64,000 nt of DNA, from the NCBI RefSeq assembly GCF_009914755.1, contig NC_060948.1; one strand, 5' to 3'. A program made the position numbers and the translations under genes. The number at the start of each line of letters is the position of its first letter. The first letter of the stretch is position 1. This document shows positions 27,900-43,690 of this stretch, piece by piece. The notes beneath the pieces were generated by a model. It searched no databases, had not been told where the DNA came from, and was given only the letters and a program-made list of their open reading frames with translations. This DNA comes from the human T2T-CHM13v2.0 reference genome, Homo sapiens.

Positions 27900-28905
27900 C
27901 AATAACGAACTAGTTTATAAAAGAAAGAAATCCCATTTGTAATAGCTACAAAAATACCAAGGAATGAATTTAACCAAGGAGATTTAAAAATCTCTACAAC
28001 AAATACTATAAAACACTAATGAAATAAATGTAAGAGGACACACATAAAATAAAAAGACATTCTATGTTCATGAATTGGAAGAACTGATACTGTCAATATG
28101 ACCATACTACCCAAAGGAAGCTACAGACAGAATGCAATTTCTATCAGAATACCCATTAACATTCTTCAAAGATTAAAAAAAATCCAAAAATTTGTATGGA
28201 ACCACAAAATGACCACAAATAATCAAAGCAATCCTGAGAAAAAGAACATCCTGATGTCACACCACCTGACATCAAAATATGATACAAACCTATAGTAACT
28301 AAAACTACATGATACTGGTATAAAAACAGACACTTTAACCAATGGAACAGAATAGAGAGCCCAGAAATAAATCTATGTATTTACAGTTAATTGCTTTTCA
28401 ACAAAGGAACCAGAAACATACATTGATAAAAGAAAAACCTGTTCAATAAATGATGCTCAGAACACTAGATATTCATATGCAGAAGAATAAAAATAAACCC
28501 TTACCTCTCACTATATGCAATAACTAGATTAAAATGATTTAAAAACTCAAACGTAAGACCCAAAACTATAAAACTACTAGAAGAAAACATAGGGTAAATG
28601 TTTCAGGACATTTGTGTGGGCAAAGAGTTTATAGATAAGACTTCAAAAGCACAAACAACAAAAGCAAAAATAGACAAATAATAAGATATCAAACTAAAGA
28701 CTTCTTCACAGGAAACAAAAATCACCAGAGTGAAGGGATGATCTGCAGAATGGGAGAAAATATATGCAAACTATTCATCTGATAAGGGATTAATATCCAG
28801 AATATACAAAGAACTCAACTCCCAACACCAAAACACAATAATCAATTTACAAAATGGGAAAATTATCTGAATAGATATTCCACAAAAGAAGGCATACAAA
28901 TGGCT
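27900..28905 (+). mobile_element. L1 (L1MA/MB-type) ORF2 3'-half fragment
   Basis: 'actggtataaaaacagacac...aatggaacagaatagagagcccagaaataaa', 'gaatgggagaaaatatatgcaaac'. Confidence 0.88.
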
Positions 28906-30151
28906 TTAAATAAATTGTCGTCTTTTCAAATGTGACCAGACTACTTTGAGGAACTTATCCTTACTTCATAAAGCCAATAGACTTGGAAAATGACTAATCT
29001 GGTACCTCGTCTACATGATAGCCTTACAGGATTCTTATCCTTGTATTTACTAAATAATGTCAGTTTCTGACAGGTTTAGGAATCCCAATATATTTTGGGA
29101 TCTTGAGAAGAGAGGAAATTACCGAATTTATACAGATATTACAGGAACAGTCTGAAGGTGAATCCTTGGTTGGGCTTCGCAGCCTCAAGAGACTTTTAAA
29201 TACCTGACCTAAAATTCCTTATTAAAAAGTTTTAGCAAAGCCAACTTCTAAAAAGTCTATATAGTAAGTAACTATTATTACTGTACTTTACAAAAATAAT
29301 CAGGCCAAATACTAAACTTACTTTGGAAACGAATTAGTCTTACCAGGATTATCTTTGGTGAAAAAAAAAAGGGGGTGACTGTAGAGAGAAAAAAAAAAAC
29401 AGGTTTTAGGGGAAAATGCTATAGTACACCTATTAATAGACTTTACCTCATTGCTTTTGAGGTTTTATTATCAATCTCAAATCTGGAATTGAATCCTGAA
29501 TTTTTTTTTAGTTTTCTCCAATATATGACTATGACTTTCTGAACTAATATTTGCCATTTTTCTCCCACAGCTTTTATTTGAAATCACTGAAATTAAAACT
29601 ATTCTTTCCTGAAATCCTGCAAACTAAAATTGGAGAATTTGATATCAACTTCATAGAAATCACTGCAAGAGCTTATGTATAGGCAACTTCTATGCCTAGA
29701 ATTGAGTATACTACTCAGAATTTTCCTGGTTTGCAGTTTGCATCAGGTGTTCACTGGAAACTGCAAACCAGGAAAATTCTGTCAGATTACCACTATCTGT
29801 TCTCATGCCATCCAAATATGCCTCAAGCTGAACATCTAACATTCTTCTCAACTGGCTGCTTTTTGGACTCAAAAATTGAGTTTATAGTTTGTTCTAGCCA
29901 TTAACCTTTGCTTTTCTTTTGTTTACATAGAAATACCCTTTATTAAATATCTGGTTGCTCAAATCATATAGAGGCCTGACATTGGTAGAAGACCATCTTC
30001 AACACCACTGCCTGAACTGAGACACAGCTTTAACTGTTTAACTGGACTGACCTATTCTGAGACTGAGAGACTGAGTCAATGGCTTATAAGATAATCCACT
30101 GACCTAATTTCTGGACTGTGAAAATTCTTAAGGAAGTTTCAGAATGGAGAA
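28906..30151 (+). mobile_element. Probable ERV1 (MER4-group) internal 3' fragment attached to the following LTR
   Basis: Non-L1 sequence with MER4-int-like motifs ('gccttacagg...gtcagtttctgacagg'), ending in a purine-rich tract immediately before the LTR's TG. Confidence 0.5.
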
Positions 30152-30803
30152 TGTTGGTGCTAAGAATGAAGGTCTCAGAAGTAGCCTCAGAAGCAATAGT
30201 TTCTCTCTGACACTCTCATACCCTTCTGTCTCTGACTCTCATTCTCCCTCAAAGCTAGCCATAGACAGTAGAAGGTGGATCTTAGAAACTCAACTAATTC
30301 AAGGTGGGTCATAGAAACCAGAAACCCTTTTCTCTAAAGCCAGACACAAAACCTAAAACGATTATGTATTCCTTCCACCACTTTTCTGTGTAAAAACTTG
30401 CCGTAAAAAAATCACTTGATCGACTATGTTTGATTATAGGTCATCAGACCTCCATTCCAGAGAAGGTTCTGTCTTATCCCAGGAGGAAGGATTGCTGCAC
30501 AGAGAGGCCATGAAGAATCTAAACAGACCAGCCTTGCCAGGTTTTTCTACTCAGTCTATTAGAAATACATCATAAACCTTTTGTGCAAACATATGTCTAC
30601 ATGGCATCTATACTTTGCTGTTTATAAGTATAAAACTGGACAGTTTCCCTTGTATCTTTGGATCTTCATTCAGAAAGTTCCTGTGTCATGCAAAATTGAT
30701 CAAATAAATTTGTATGCTGTTCCTCCTATTAATCTGTCTTTTTTTGGTTGCTTTTTAGTGAACTTTCAGAGGGTGAAGGGGCAGTATTCCCTTAGTCCTT
30801 ACA
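30152..30803 (+). mobile_element. MER39-like LTR
   Basis: TG 'tgttggtgctaagaa' through 'gaactttcagagggtgaaggggcagtattcccttagtccttaCA'; same terminus as the LTR at 8724-9307. Confidence 0.78.
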
Positions 30804-30809
30804 GTACAA

Positions 30810-31560
30810 ATTAATGTTTTTTTAATATATTCACATTTATGTTTAACCATCACCACAATCAATTTCAAAGCATTTTCCTCACAGCAAAACAAAAACAAGT
30901 ACCACTTATCAATTACCCTCACCTTCCCTCACCTTAGAGAAACACTAATCTGCTTTCTGTTTTTATAGATTTCCCAGCACTTGACATTTTCTACAAATGG
31001 AATCACATAATGGGCAGGCTTCTGTGAATGGCTTCTTTCACTTAGAAGAATGTTCATCCATGTTGTAGCATGTATCAGTGTTTTATTCCTAAGACAAAAT
31101 AATATCCTATTTTATAAATATACCACATTTTTTATACACTTGCTAATTGAACTTTTGGCTTGTTGCTATCATTGGCTGTTTCTACCATTATGAATAATGC
31201 AGTTATAAACAATTTTCTAAATGTTTTGGTATGGTCATATGCTTTCATTTTATCTTCCTCAGAATGTAATCAATGGGTCATCTGTTATTTCTGTGTTGAA
31301 TCATTTGAGGAACTGCCAGACTCTTACACAAAGTATTTGCATCATTTTTACATTTCCACAAGGAGTGTATGAGGGTTCCAAATTCTCCATGACCAAGGGA
31401 AAACTTTTTTTATTTGACTTTTGATTCTAGCCACCTTAGTGAGTGTGAAGGAATATTTCATTGTGGTTTTCATTGCATTTTGCTGATGAATAATGATGTA
31501 ATAATGGCTCATTGGACATTTTTATATCTTCTTTGAAGAAATGTCCATTTAATTTATTTG
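30810..31560 (-). mobile_element. L1MB-type 3' end
   Basis: 'aaccatcaccacaatcaatttc...aaacactaatctgctttctgt...ggcttctttcactta...tttgaggaactgccaga'. Confidence 0.8.
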
Positions 31561-31949
31561 TCTTTTTATTATTGAGATGTGTCATTCACATATTCTGTAT
31601 ATATGTATTTTATTTTAGTTATTCTGGGTCATTTTTGTTTCCATACATGTCTTATGTCACCTTAACAATTTCTCTAACTTGCCTGCTGGAATTTTGGATT
31701 AGGAATACATTGAATCTGTAGCTCCATTTTATTAATGACATTGATAATTATTAGTAGCATTGACATCTTAACAATGCTGAGTTTTTCTTTTCATGCAATG
31801 TTGTATCTTTCTATGTATTTATGTGTAATTTAATTTCTATCATTAGTTTCTAGAACCAACACTGTAAAATTGAAGTTATGAAAACATGATTTTGCATTTT
31901 TGTGATTTGAGGGAATGGTTGGAAATCTTAAGATCATTTGGCCAATATA

Positions 31950-32146
31950 TTTGATTGGCAAATAATAATTGTATATATTTATGGAGCACAATGTGATGTT
32001 CTGATATATACATATATATACATTATAAAAATATTAAATCAAGCTAATTAACATAAACTTTATCTCACCTACTTTTTTTGTAGTGAGAAAGTTTAAAATC
32101 TACTCTTTCAGCAGTGTCAAAATACACAATACATTATTATTAACTT
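31950..32146 (-). mobile_element. L1MA-type 3' end fragment
   Basis: 'aattgtatatatttatggagcacaatgtgatgtt...aaatcaagctaattaacata...aaaatctactct'. Confidence 0.7.
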
Positions 32147-33076
32147 GATCTGCTTCCCAGAAATTCAATTACATCACCTTCAAAAATAGATAATTATTAT
32201 GCTCTTTTATACATTTATTTATGCTTGACTTATTTTTTAATATGTATTTATGCTTGACTTGACTTTTATATACTTATTTATGCCTGACTTGTTTTTTCTC
32301 TATAACTGTAATCTTTAGGACATCCATAATTAAAGTGCAATAAGCATGAGTAGCATTGTATCATTCTTGACTTTAAGGAAGATGTTTCTAGCTTTTTTGT
32401 GCTCATAATTTTCTAGTTAATATATTACCCCATTTTCAGGGTTGACTTTTTATAAAGAGAAGATATCAGCAAAGAAAAAAGTTTGCAGAAAAAGAAAACA
32501 AAACAAACAAAAGAAAAGAAAAACAAAAGAAAAACAAATGTATAATAAATAATTGACATAAATAATTGATATAAATGTAGAAGATGAATAATATCAGAGT
32601 TTGAACAGTCATGAAAAATAGTCCTAAGAAAAATCTATAATCTCTCCATGGCTTTTTTCAATAAAGAGTTTGATAATGTTTCCACTACAGTTTACATCTA
32701 TCTTCTATCTTAACAGATAGATAGGCTGGAATGAAATCTAGTCATCCCGTTGTAGTATGACCATTCCTGGATTTAAAATACTCTCTAATATTTAATGCAC
32801 ATCTATGGACTTCTTCATCCAAGCACAACAAAATACATGTTTTTTAAGCTTACATGGAACATTTACCAAGATAAGCCATATTCTTGGTGATAAAATATAT
32901 CTTAACCAATTTTTAAAAATATAAATCACTCAAAGTCTGCTGTCAGACCACAATGGAATTAAACTAGAAATCAATAATAAGAGATGGATACCCCAAAATA
33001 CTTGGAGATTAAATAATAAACTTATAAATAGCACATAGGTCAAAAATATCAAAAGACATTAAAATATTTTGAACTA

Positions 33077-34085
33077 TATGGTATAATAATTTATATTCAT
33101 CTGGATATATACGCAGTAATGGGATTGCTGGATTGAATGATCGTTCTATTTTAGCTCATTGAGGAATTGTCCTACTGCTTTCCACAATGGTTGAACTAAT
33201 TTCCACTCCCACCAACAATGTATAAGTGTTCCCTTTTCTCCACAACCTCACCAGCATCTGTTATTTTTTGACTGATTAGTTATAGCCATCCTGACTGGTG
33301 TGAGATGATATCTACTGTGGTTTTGATTTGCATTTCTCTAATGGTCAGTGATGTTGAGCTTTTGTTCATATACTTGTTGGCCACCTGTATGTCTTCTTTT
33401 GAGAAGTGTCTTTTTGTGTCATTTGCTCATTTTTCAGTGGGGTTGTTTTTCTCTTGTAAATTTAGGTTTCTTACAGATGCTAGATATTAGGCCTCTGTCA
33501 GATGCATAGTTTGCAAATATTTTCTCCCATTCTGTAGGTTGTCTGCTCACTCTATTATTAGTTTATTTTGCTGTATAGAAGCTCTTAAGTTTAATTAAAT
33601 ACCATAAAGGCACATGTGCAAATGTTCATGGCAGCACTATTTACAATAGCAAAGACATGATATCAACCTAAATGTCCATCAAGGACAGATTGGATAAAGA
33701 AAAGGTGGTATATATACACCATGGAATACTATGCAGCCATAAAAAACAATGAGATCATGTCTTTTATGGGAACATGGATGGAGCTGGAGGCTATTATCCT
33801 TAGCAAATTAACTCAGGAACAGAAAATCAAATGCCACATGTTCTCATTTGTAAGTGGGAACTAAATGATAAGAACCTATGAACACGAAGGAAACAACAGA
33901 CACAGGGCCCTCCCTACTTAAGGGAGGAGAGTGGGACGAGGTAGAGGAGGAGAAAAAAATAACTATTGGGTACTGGGCTTGATACCAGGGTGATAACATA
34001 ATCTGCACAACAAATCACCATGAAACATGTTTACCTACATAACAAACCTTCACATGTACCCCCAAACCTAAAATAAAAGTTAAAC
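33077..34085 (+). mobile_element. 5'-inverted (twin-primed) L1PB-type insertion: inverted 33077-33599, sense 33600-34085
   Basis: An antisense ORF2 3' segment is followed by a sense segment starting at the same L1 position (7-nt overlap TACCATA). Degenerate TSD 'aaatattttgaacta' / 'aaattttttaacta'. Confidence 0.85.
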
Positions 34086-34187
34086 AAATTTTTTAACTAA
34101 ATATAAATTAAAATGCAATTTATCAATATGTGTAGGTTGAAATAAAAACAGTGCTTAGAGAAAAATGTATAGCATTAAACTCATATA

Positions 34188-34445
34188 CAGTTTGAATATC
34201 ACTTATCAAAAATGCTTGACACCATAACAGTTTCAGACTTGGGATTTTTTTGGATTTTGGAGTGTTTGCATTATATTTACTGGTTGAGCATATCTGATCC
34301 AAAATCTGAAATCCAAAATCATCAAGTGATCATTACATTTAAGCACGATGTTGGCCCCATCAAGTGATCATTACATTTAAGCACGATGTTGGCCCCAAAA
34401 AAGCTTCAGATATTGTATTTTTGAATTAAGGATACTCAAGCTGCA
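34188..34445. mobile_element. Tigger4a/MER46A-like MITE (TcMar-Tigger) with an internal 38-bp duplication
   Basis: Termini 'cagtttgaatatcactta' and 'taaggatactcaagctg' are imperfect inverted repeats; TA on the left flank. Confidence 0.8.
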
Positions 34446-34904
34446 TTATAAAAGAAGAAAGGTGAAAAATTAATCGTTTAAGCTTCCATTTTTGGAAAGC
34501 AGGAAAAAAGAGCATATCAAATTTATAGTTAGCAGAAAAAAATTAATAGTATAAATTAGAACAAACATGAAAGAAGTGGAAAACAGCAAATTGGTAGAGA
34601 AAATCAAAGAACCCAAAATCTAGTGCTTTGAGAAGATCAATAAAATCATTTATCCTCTAGTTAGCCGACTGGCAATAAGAGAGAAATAGAGACAGAAAAT
34701 GTAAATTACTAGACATCACTGCAATTCACATGAACATTAAAACATAATACAGAAATGCTACAGACGATTCTATGCCTAAAATTTGACAACCTAGATAAAG
34801 TAGACAAATTTCTTGAAAGACACACTCATACAAGAAAACTCACACAAAAAACATGCAAAACTCACACAAGAAAACAGAAGCAATCTATATCTTTCTATGT
34901 CTAT

Positions 34905-35259
34905 TGTATTAGTCCACTCTCCACACTACTATAAGGACATACTCAAGACTGGGTAATTTATAAAGAAAAGATTTAATTGACTCACAGTTCTGCATGGCTG
35001 GGGAGGCCTCAGGAAACTTACAATCATGGTGGAAGGAACCTCTTCACAGGGTGGCAGGAGAGAGAATGAGTGGCAAGTGACGGGGGAAGCCCTTTATAAA
35101 ACCATTAGATCTCATGAAAACTCATTCACTATCATGAGAAAAGCATGTGGTAACTGCCCCCATGATTCGCTTATCTTTACCTGGTCCTGCCCTTGACATG
35201 TGGGGATTATGACAATTTAAGGTGAGATGTGGGTGGGAACAGAGAGCCAAACAATAGCG
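34905..35259 (-). mobile_element. Solo THE1C-like LTR
   Basis: Same LTR type as 18341 and 20269. Exact 5-bp TSD TCTAT. Confidence 0.93.
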
Positions 35260-37554
35260 TCTATTAAAATAACTGAATCAATAACAAATAATGTTCCATG
35301 AAGAGAAAGCATGAGGTGGATCAGATGAATTCAATGGTGAATTCTATCCAACATTTAAAGAAGAAATTACACCCATTCTCTACAATCTCTTTCTGGAGAT
35401 AGAAACAAAGGGAACACTTTCTAACTCATTCTATGAAGCCAGCATCACCCTTATACCAAAATCAGAGAAACACATTACAAAAAAAAACAAAAAACAAAAA
35501 CCTAGACCAATATGCCTTGAGAACATAGATACAAAAATTCCTAACAAAATATTAGCAAATAAAATCCAACAATGTATAAAAATAATTATATCCCATGACC
35601 AAGCAGAATTTATCCCAGGTATGCAAGATTGGTTCAACATTAAAAAATCAACTAATGCTATTAATCATATCAACAGGCTAATACAGAAAAATCACATGAT
35701 TACATAAATAGATGCATAAAAAGCACTTGACAAAATCCAAAACCTATTCATGATAAAAAGTTCTAGCAAACTAGGAATAGAGGGGACTTTTTTCAACTCA
35801 ATAAGGAATAGCTACAAAAAAACCTACACTTAGCATCATTCTTAATAGTGAGAAACCTGAAGTTTTCCCACTAAGATAAGAAATAAGGCAAGATTGTTTG
35901 CTCTGATTACTCATTTTTAACATTTACTGGAAGTCCTCCATAATGCAATAATACAATTAATGGAAATAAAAGGTATATAGAGCAGGAGGAAAGAAATAAA
36001 GCTGTCTTTTTTGCAGATGACATGACAGTCAATGTAGAAAATCTGAAAGACTGAGTGAAAAATTAACACTTCCCAAACTAATAAGTTATCACAGAAAGGT
36101 TGTAGGATATAAGGTTAATATACAAATGTCAATTATTATGCTACCTACCAGCAATGAATAAGTGGAATTTGAAACTGAATACACAAATCCTACATACCAG
36201 CAATGAACAAGTGGAATTTGAAACTGAATACAAAATATGACTTGCATTACCATCCACCAACATTGAAACACTCAGATATAAGTCTAATAAAATATGTATG
36301 AAATCTGTATGAGGAAAATAAAATTCTGATGAAGAAATCAGAGAAAAACTAAATAAATGGAGAGATATTTCATTTCATGAATAGGAAGACTTGATGTTGT
36401 CAAGATGTTCAGTTCTTCTCAAATTGATTTATAAATTTATTGTAATCAAAATTAAAGTCCCAGCGATTTATTTGGTGGATATTGACAAAGTGATTCTAAG
36501 CTTTATATGGAGAGGCAAAAGACCCAGAACACCTGGCTTAGCCTCGTAGGGCAGAGAAAAAACTAGTTTAGGAATCTAACTACTCTATTTGAATCTCTAA
36601 CTTTAGTCATAAAAATAAGTTTGTAATAACAATATGTTCATATTATTTTGTCATACAGTATGATTAACTTGTGTTTTGGAAGAGACATAATATGAGTTTA
36701 CTAAATATATTACAATGTCGCAACACACCTTAGTCTACTGGGAATTCAGATATACTGACATACATTAGGCTGACTGCCCTACTTCTCATGAAAATGATTC
36801 AAAATGGATTTGAGAAGGTCGGTTTCTTTAAAATAAAGACGCACAAAATTTAATGGATAAATATTATGATTATGGTTTGAGTTCTGGGCACACCACTGGT
36901 TCAGGAACACTTCCTGACTGGCCTACTTCAAGTTCATTCTCCCGTTGGATAACTCTTCTTTCTCTCTTTATTGCTTTCTCCTATCCACCAATATTTTTAT
37001 GCTTTATTCTGGAGGGCTTAGGTCCATAATCCATCATCATATGCTAATTTGGCCTAAGGCTGCATTCTTTACTGTTTCTTCTATCCCTTAAAATTCTTCC
37101 ATCCTGCCTTTCCTTTTCTTAAAGCCGCCTTCTCTTTTCTAGAAGACTGTAGTCAGAAATTGTTCTAGAAAATATTTTCTGTTTTTGTTAATGAAGATAG
37201 CCTTAATTGTAGATAACATTAATGTAAATAACAGATAGTATAGATAACTCTTATAACACAATCACATAAATTTAAGACTTTAGGAAGGATCTTAAAATAA
37301 AAAATTATCCTGATGATTTCAAGTACCAAACCAGGACAATGAAGGGGCTGGTTTTCCTTTGAAGACTATTTTACCATTCTTCAAAAGACAGGATTAAAAT
37401 AAATGCCTACTTCACTTTTGTCAAATATTTACCTAGAAGCTTCATACATAGACATGTTAGCAATTATGTTATTCCCATTCTGAATCTAAGATATATCTTA
37501 TCGTAAGGTACATTTTTAAATCAATAATTATATAATAACATATAAATTCAACTA

Positions 37555-40420
<2,866 letters not shown>

Positions 40421-41014
40421 ATAAATTCAACTAAAGATTAAAAAATGCAGTTTCAAGTGGACAAAATGAAAAATTTACATCTGCCTTACTATAATAAAGT
40501 GATAATTTCAGATATGGGCAAAAATGGAGAGATGAACCACAGATATTTTATTTCAGGAAATTTTCAGGGAATTGATATCATTTAACTGTAACTGTTGTAG
40601 AAGTAATTCAAATGAGAAATGTAAATAGCACGACACTTCAGAATTAGAGAATTCGCTTTGTTAATTTTTGCTTTTGTTTATTTCTGTCTCAACAACAACA
40701 ATAAAGAATGTAAATTCCATTCCACACTGCTACTTTAAAATTTTAGGTTATTTGAGTTTATTGCTCACAAATTTGATTACAGGTCTTCATTAACTATGAT
40801 TTCAATTTACATACATAGCATAAGTCTTTGCTTGCTGGCAGAGTTGGGGAATAATCAGTTATTTAACTTTTTATAACACTTATAATAATAAATCTGTTAT
40901 TTAACAGTTAACCAGTTAACTTAATCAGTTATTTAGTCTGTTATAATAATCAGTTAATTAACTTTTTATAACATTTTCATGTATATTTGGTGAAAATAAT
41001 TTTATATTTAGGTA

Positions 41015-41270
41015 CATGGGCTTTGAAGTTATTGGAATCAGGTAAATCTGGATTTAAAATCTCAGCTCACTAGCTATATTTTACTACTTAGATAATTCAC
41101 TAGCTGTATGACATTGAGCCATTTATTTGAATTCCTGATACCTAGTTTCCTCATCTGTAAAATGGGGGTAAATACTTACCTCACATATGTGATGAAAACT
41201 TAAATGAGGTAAAATATATACAGCATAGTACTTAGAACACAGTGATTGCTTTAAAATGCAGGCTATTACA
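41015..41270 (+). mobile_element. MIR SINE
   Basis: Core 'ttcactagctgtatgac...agtttcctcatctgtaaaatggggg'. Confidence 0.75.
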
Positions 41271-41773
41271 ATTTTTTTCATCATTCCCTAGATATATTCC
41301 CAAATTTCAAAAAACTGGAATAAAATTATATACATCAAAAAACCATATGGTAATCAAATTAGAACTTTTTGTTGAAAGTAACAAAATTCTATCCAAATTA
41401 CCTAAGAATCGGCTCTGAATTCTAGGACATACCAAAATGTTGTCCTAATAATATAAATATAAATTATATTCTTTTTAAAGCTAATTTGGACTAGATATTT
41501 ATCCTGACACTTTATTCTACTTTTACTCCCCTCTACCCCTGTGCACCCTCATACAATATATTAGAGACCTGAAAAACAACTTACACATTAATCTATTTAA
41601 GGTCTTGTGATTCATGAAACAGAAAGGAAATTTCATAGATCATAGATATTACTGGTGCATTCTCACAGCTGCTTCACTTGTTCTTTCAGATAGAAGGAAG
41701 CCTGCACTTTCCAGATGTGCTGTGTTTTTGTGAGATCTTGCAGCTCCTTCTGGCTAAAGAACCGTGAAGGAAA

Positions 41774-41776
<3 letters not shown>

Positions 41777-41823
<47 letters not shown>
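41777..41823 (+). repeat. (GT)23 dinucleotide microsatellite
   Basis: Perfect GT array. Confidence 0.97.
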
Positions 41824-41824
<1 letters not shown>

Positions 41825-43416
41825 TTTCTATGCTGATTTCAATAAGATTTCTTATAATTACTCCAAATATCTCTGGTTTAGGCCATGTGTTTCAAATACT
41901 GCAGTTAGAAGAAAGTAGTGCTTTCTTCATCCTGAGTCATTGAGTATGGAATAATCTATTCTCTTTCCATGTGAAATATGTAGTAAGCGAGAGGCAATGT
42001 TGTATTATAAAGACACTGATTTAGGGAGAGGTTGTTTGTTACTAGAATATAACCTAATTTACATTAACAAATATATTCACTGTCAAATTCAGGCCTTATT
42101 TTATACCTCTACTATAAGGCAATATTCAGAACCAACAAATCACAACAACAACAACACACAAACACACACACAGCACATAAAGCAATTTATAAATTAGATA
42201 TTTGCAAGCCTAATTAAAAAACAATTTAATAAATCCAGGACAATCTCATACCTAAACTTGTTTTATGATGAAATTCTGGGACAGACTTGTATGATGTGAG
42301 CATTGCTATCCTGAGATTTATTTCAATATTTGTAACAATTTAAAAGCAATTTTGATATTCCATACAGTTCCTATATTTCTAATGCCAAACATTTTAGATA
42401 AATATATTATGGGGAATTCTCCCTATTCATAACAACCATTTTTTACCAAAAATACTACAGCACTTCTCAAAATGCCTCTAATGCTAGGTAAATATTAAGT
42501 GAAACCCAGCTTTAATCCATACTATTATTTAATGACAGCTATTTTATTGCATTTACATATGAATATAAGCAACAGTTGTGACTAAAGAGGAAAGTCTGTT
42601 AAAAATGAAAGTTACAACTCAGGTGTTAATGTTCCAACATATTTTTATACTTCGGTGTCCATAGAATGGCTTCTAAATTATTCTTTTAAGGAACTTACAG
42701 CTCCCCCAAAATATTATGAAAGTAAACTAGTCTCTTTTTGCTCAATGTTCCATAGAAGTTAAAATATTTTTTGCATGTTGAAAGATTATGTGTATATTAA
42801 TTTCATTATGAATTTTTAATATTACTCTCACTGAATTTAAGCTGAGTAGACATAGTGAAAGAGGAGCAAGATGCATAAACATATTATTGTATTCACTTTG
42901 CTTAATTCCACACATGCATATAAGTGTTATTTAGATGACATTTATATGAGGGCAAAATCTCTTTATTTTTTCATATGCTTACATATTAAACATTCTATTT
43001 TGTTTCCTAAAGCATATAGCTCAATAAATGAAAGGCATTAAAGAACAAAGAGAAAAGTTACCTGATTTTTCAAGAGATCATCTGGTACTTTTCTGGAGAA
43101 TACTATTTATAGCAAAGTTGGAAACATGCGTGGAACCAATATACCAACAAAGATGCACATAGATAGCTAAAAACTAACTAGAGAGTTAACATTCAGTCAA
43201 ATATCAGAATATTTCAAAATATTATATGTAGATTAGTTGCTTAGAAGATTGACCCTTCATGTACATATTTCTTGGCATGATGAAATTCCAGTAACTGCTT
43301 GTCAGATAATACATTTACTCCAAAAAACATTTTTTGTTGTTTTTGATGCAATCAGCTTTCATAAAATGTAGCTTCACTTGCCTAGTTGTGCCCATCCAAA
43401 ACAAAGTGGAAAGTAA

Positions 43417-43690
<274 letters not shown>

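Larger units (their letters stand above)
32790..36530 (+). mobile_element. Old L1 ORF2 fragment interrupted by an inverted L1PB, a Tigger4a-like MITE and a THE1C LTR
   Basis: Collinear ORF2 motifs 'cagaccacaatggaattaaactagaaatcaa', 'ctcattctatgaagccagcatcacc', 'tgcagatgacatga' (FADD). The sequence resumes after each insertion. Confidence 0.85.
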
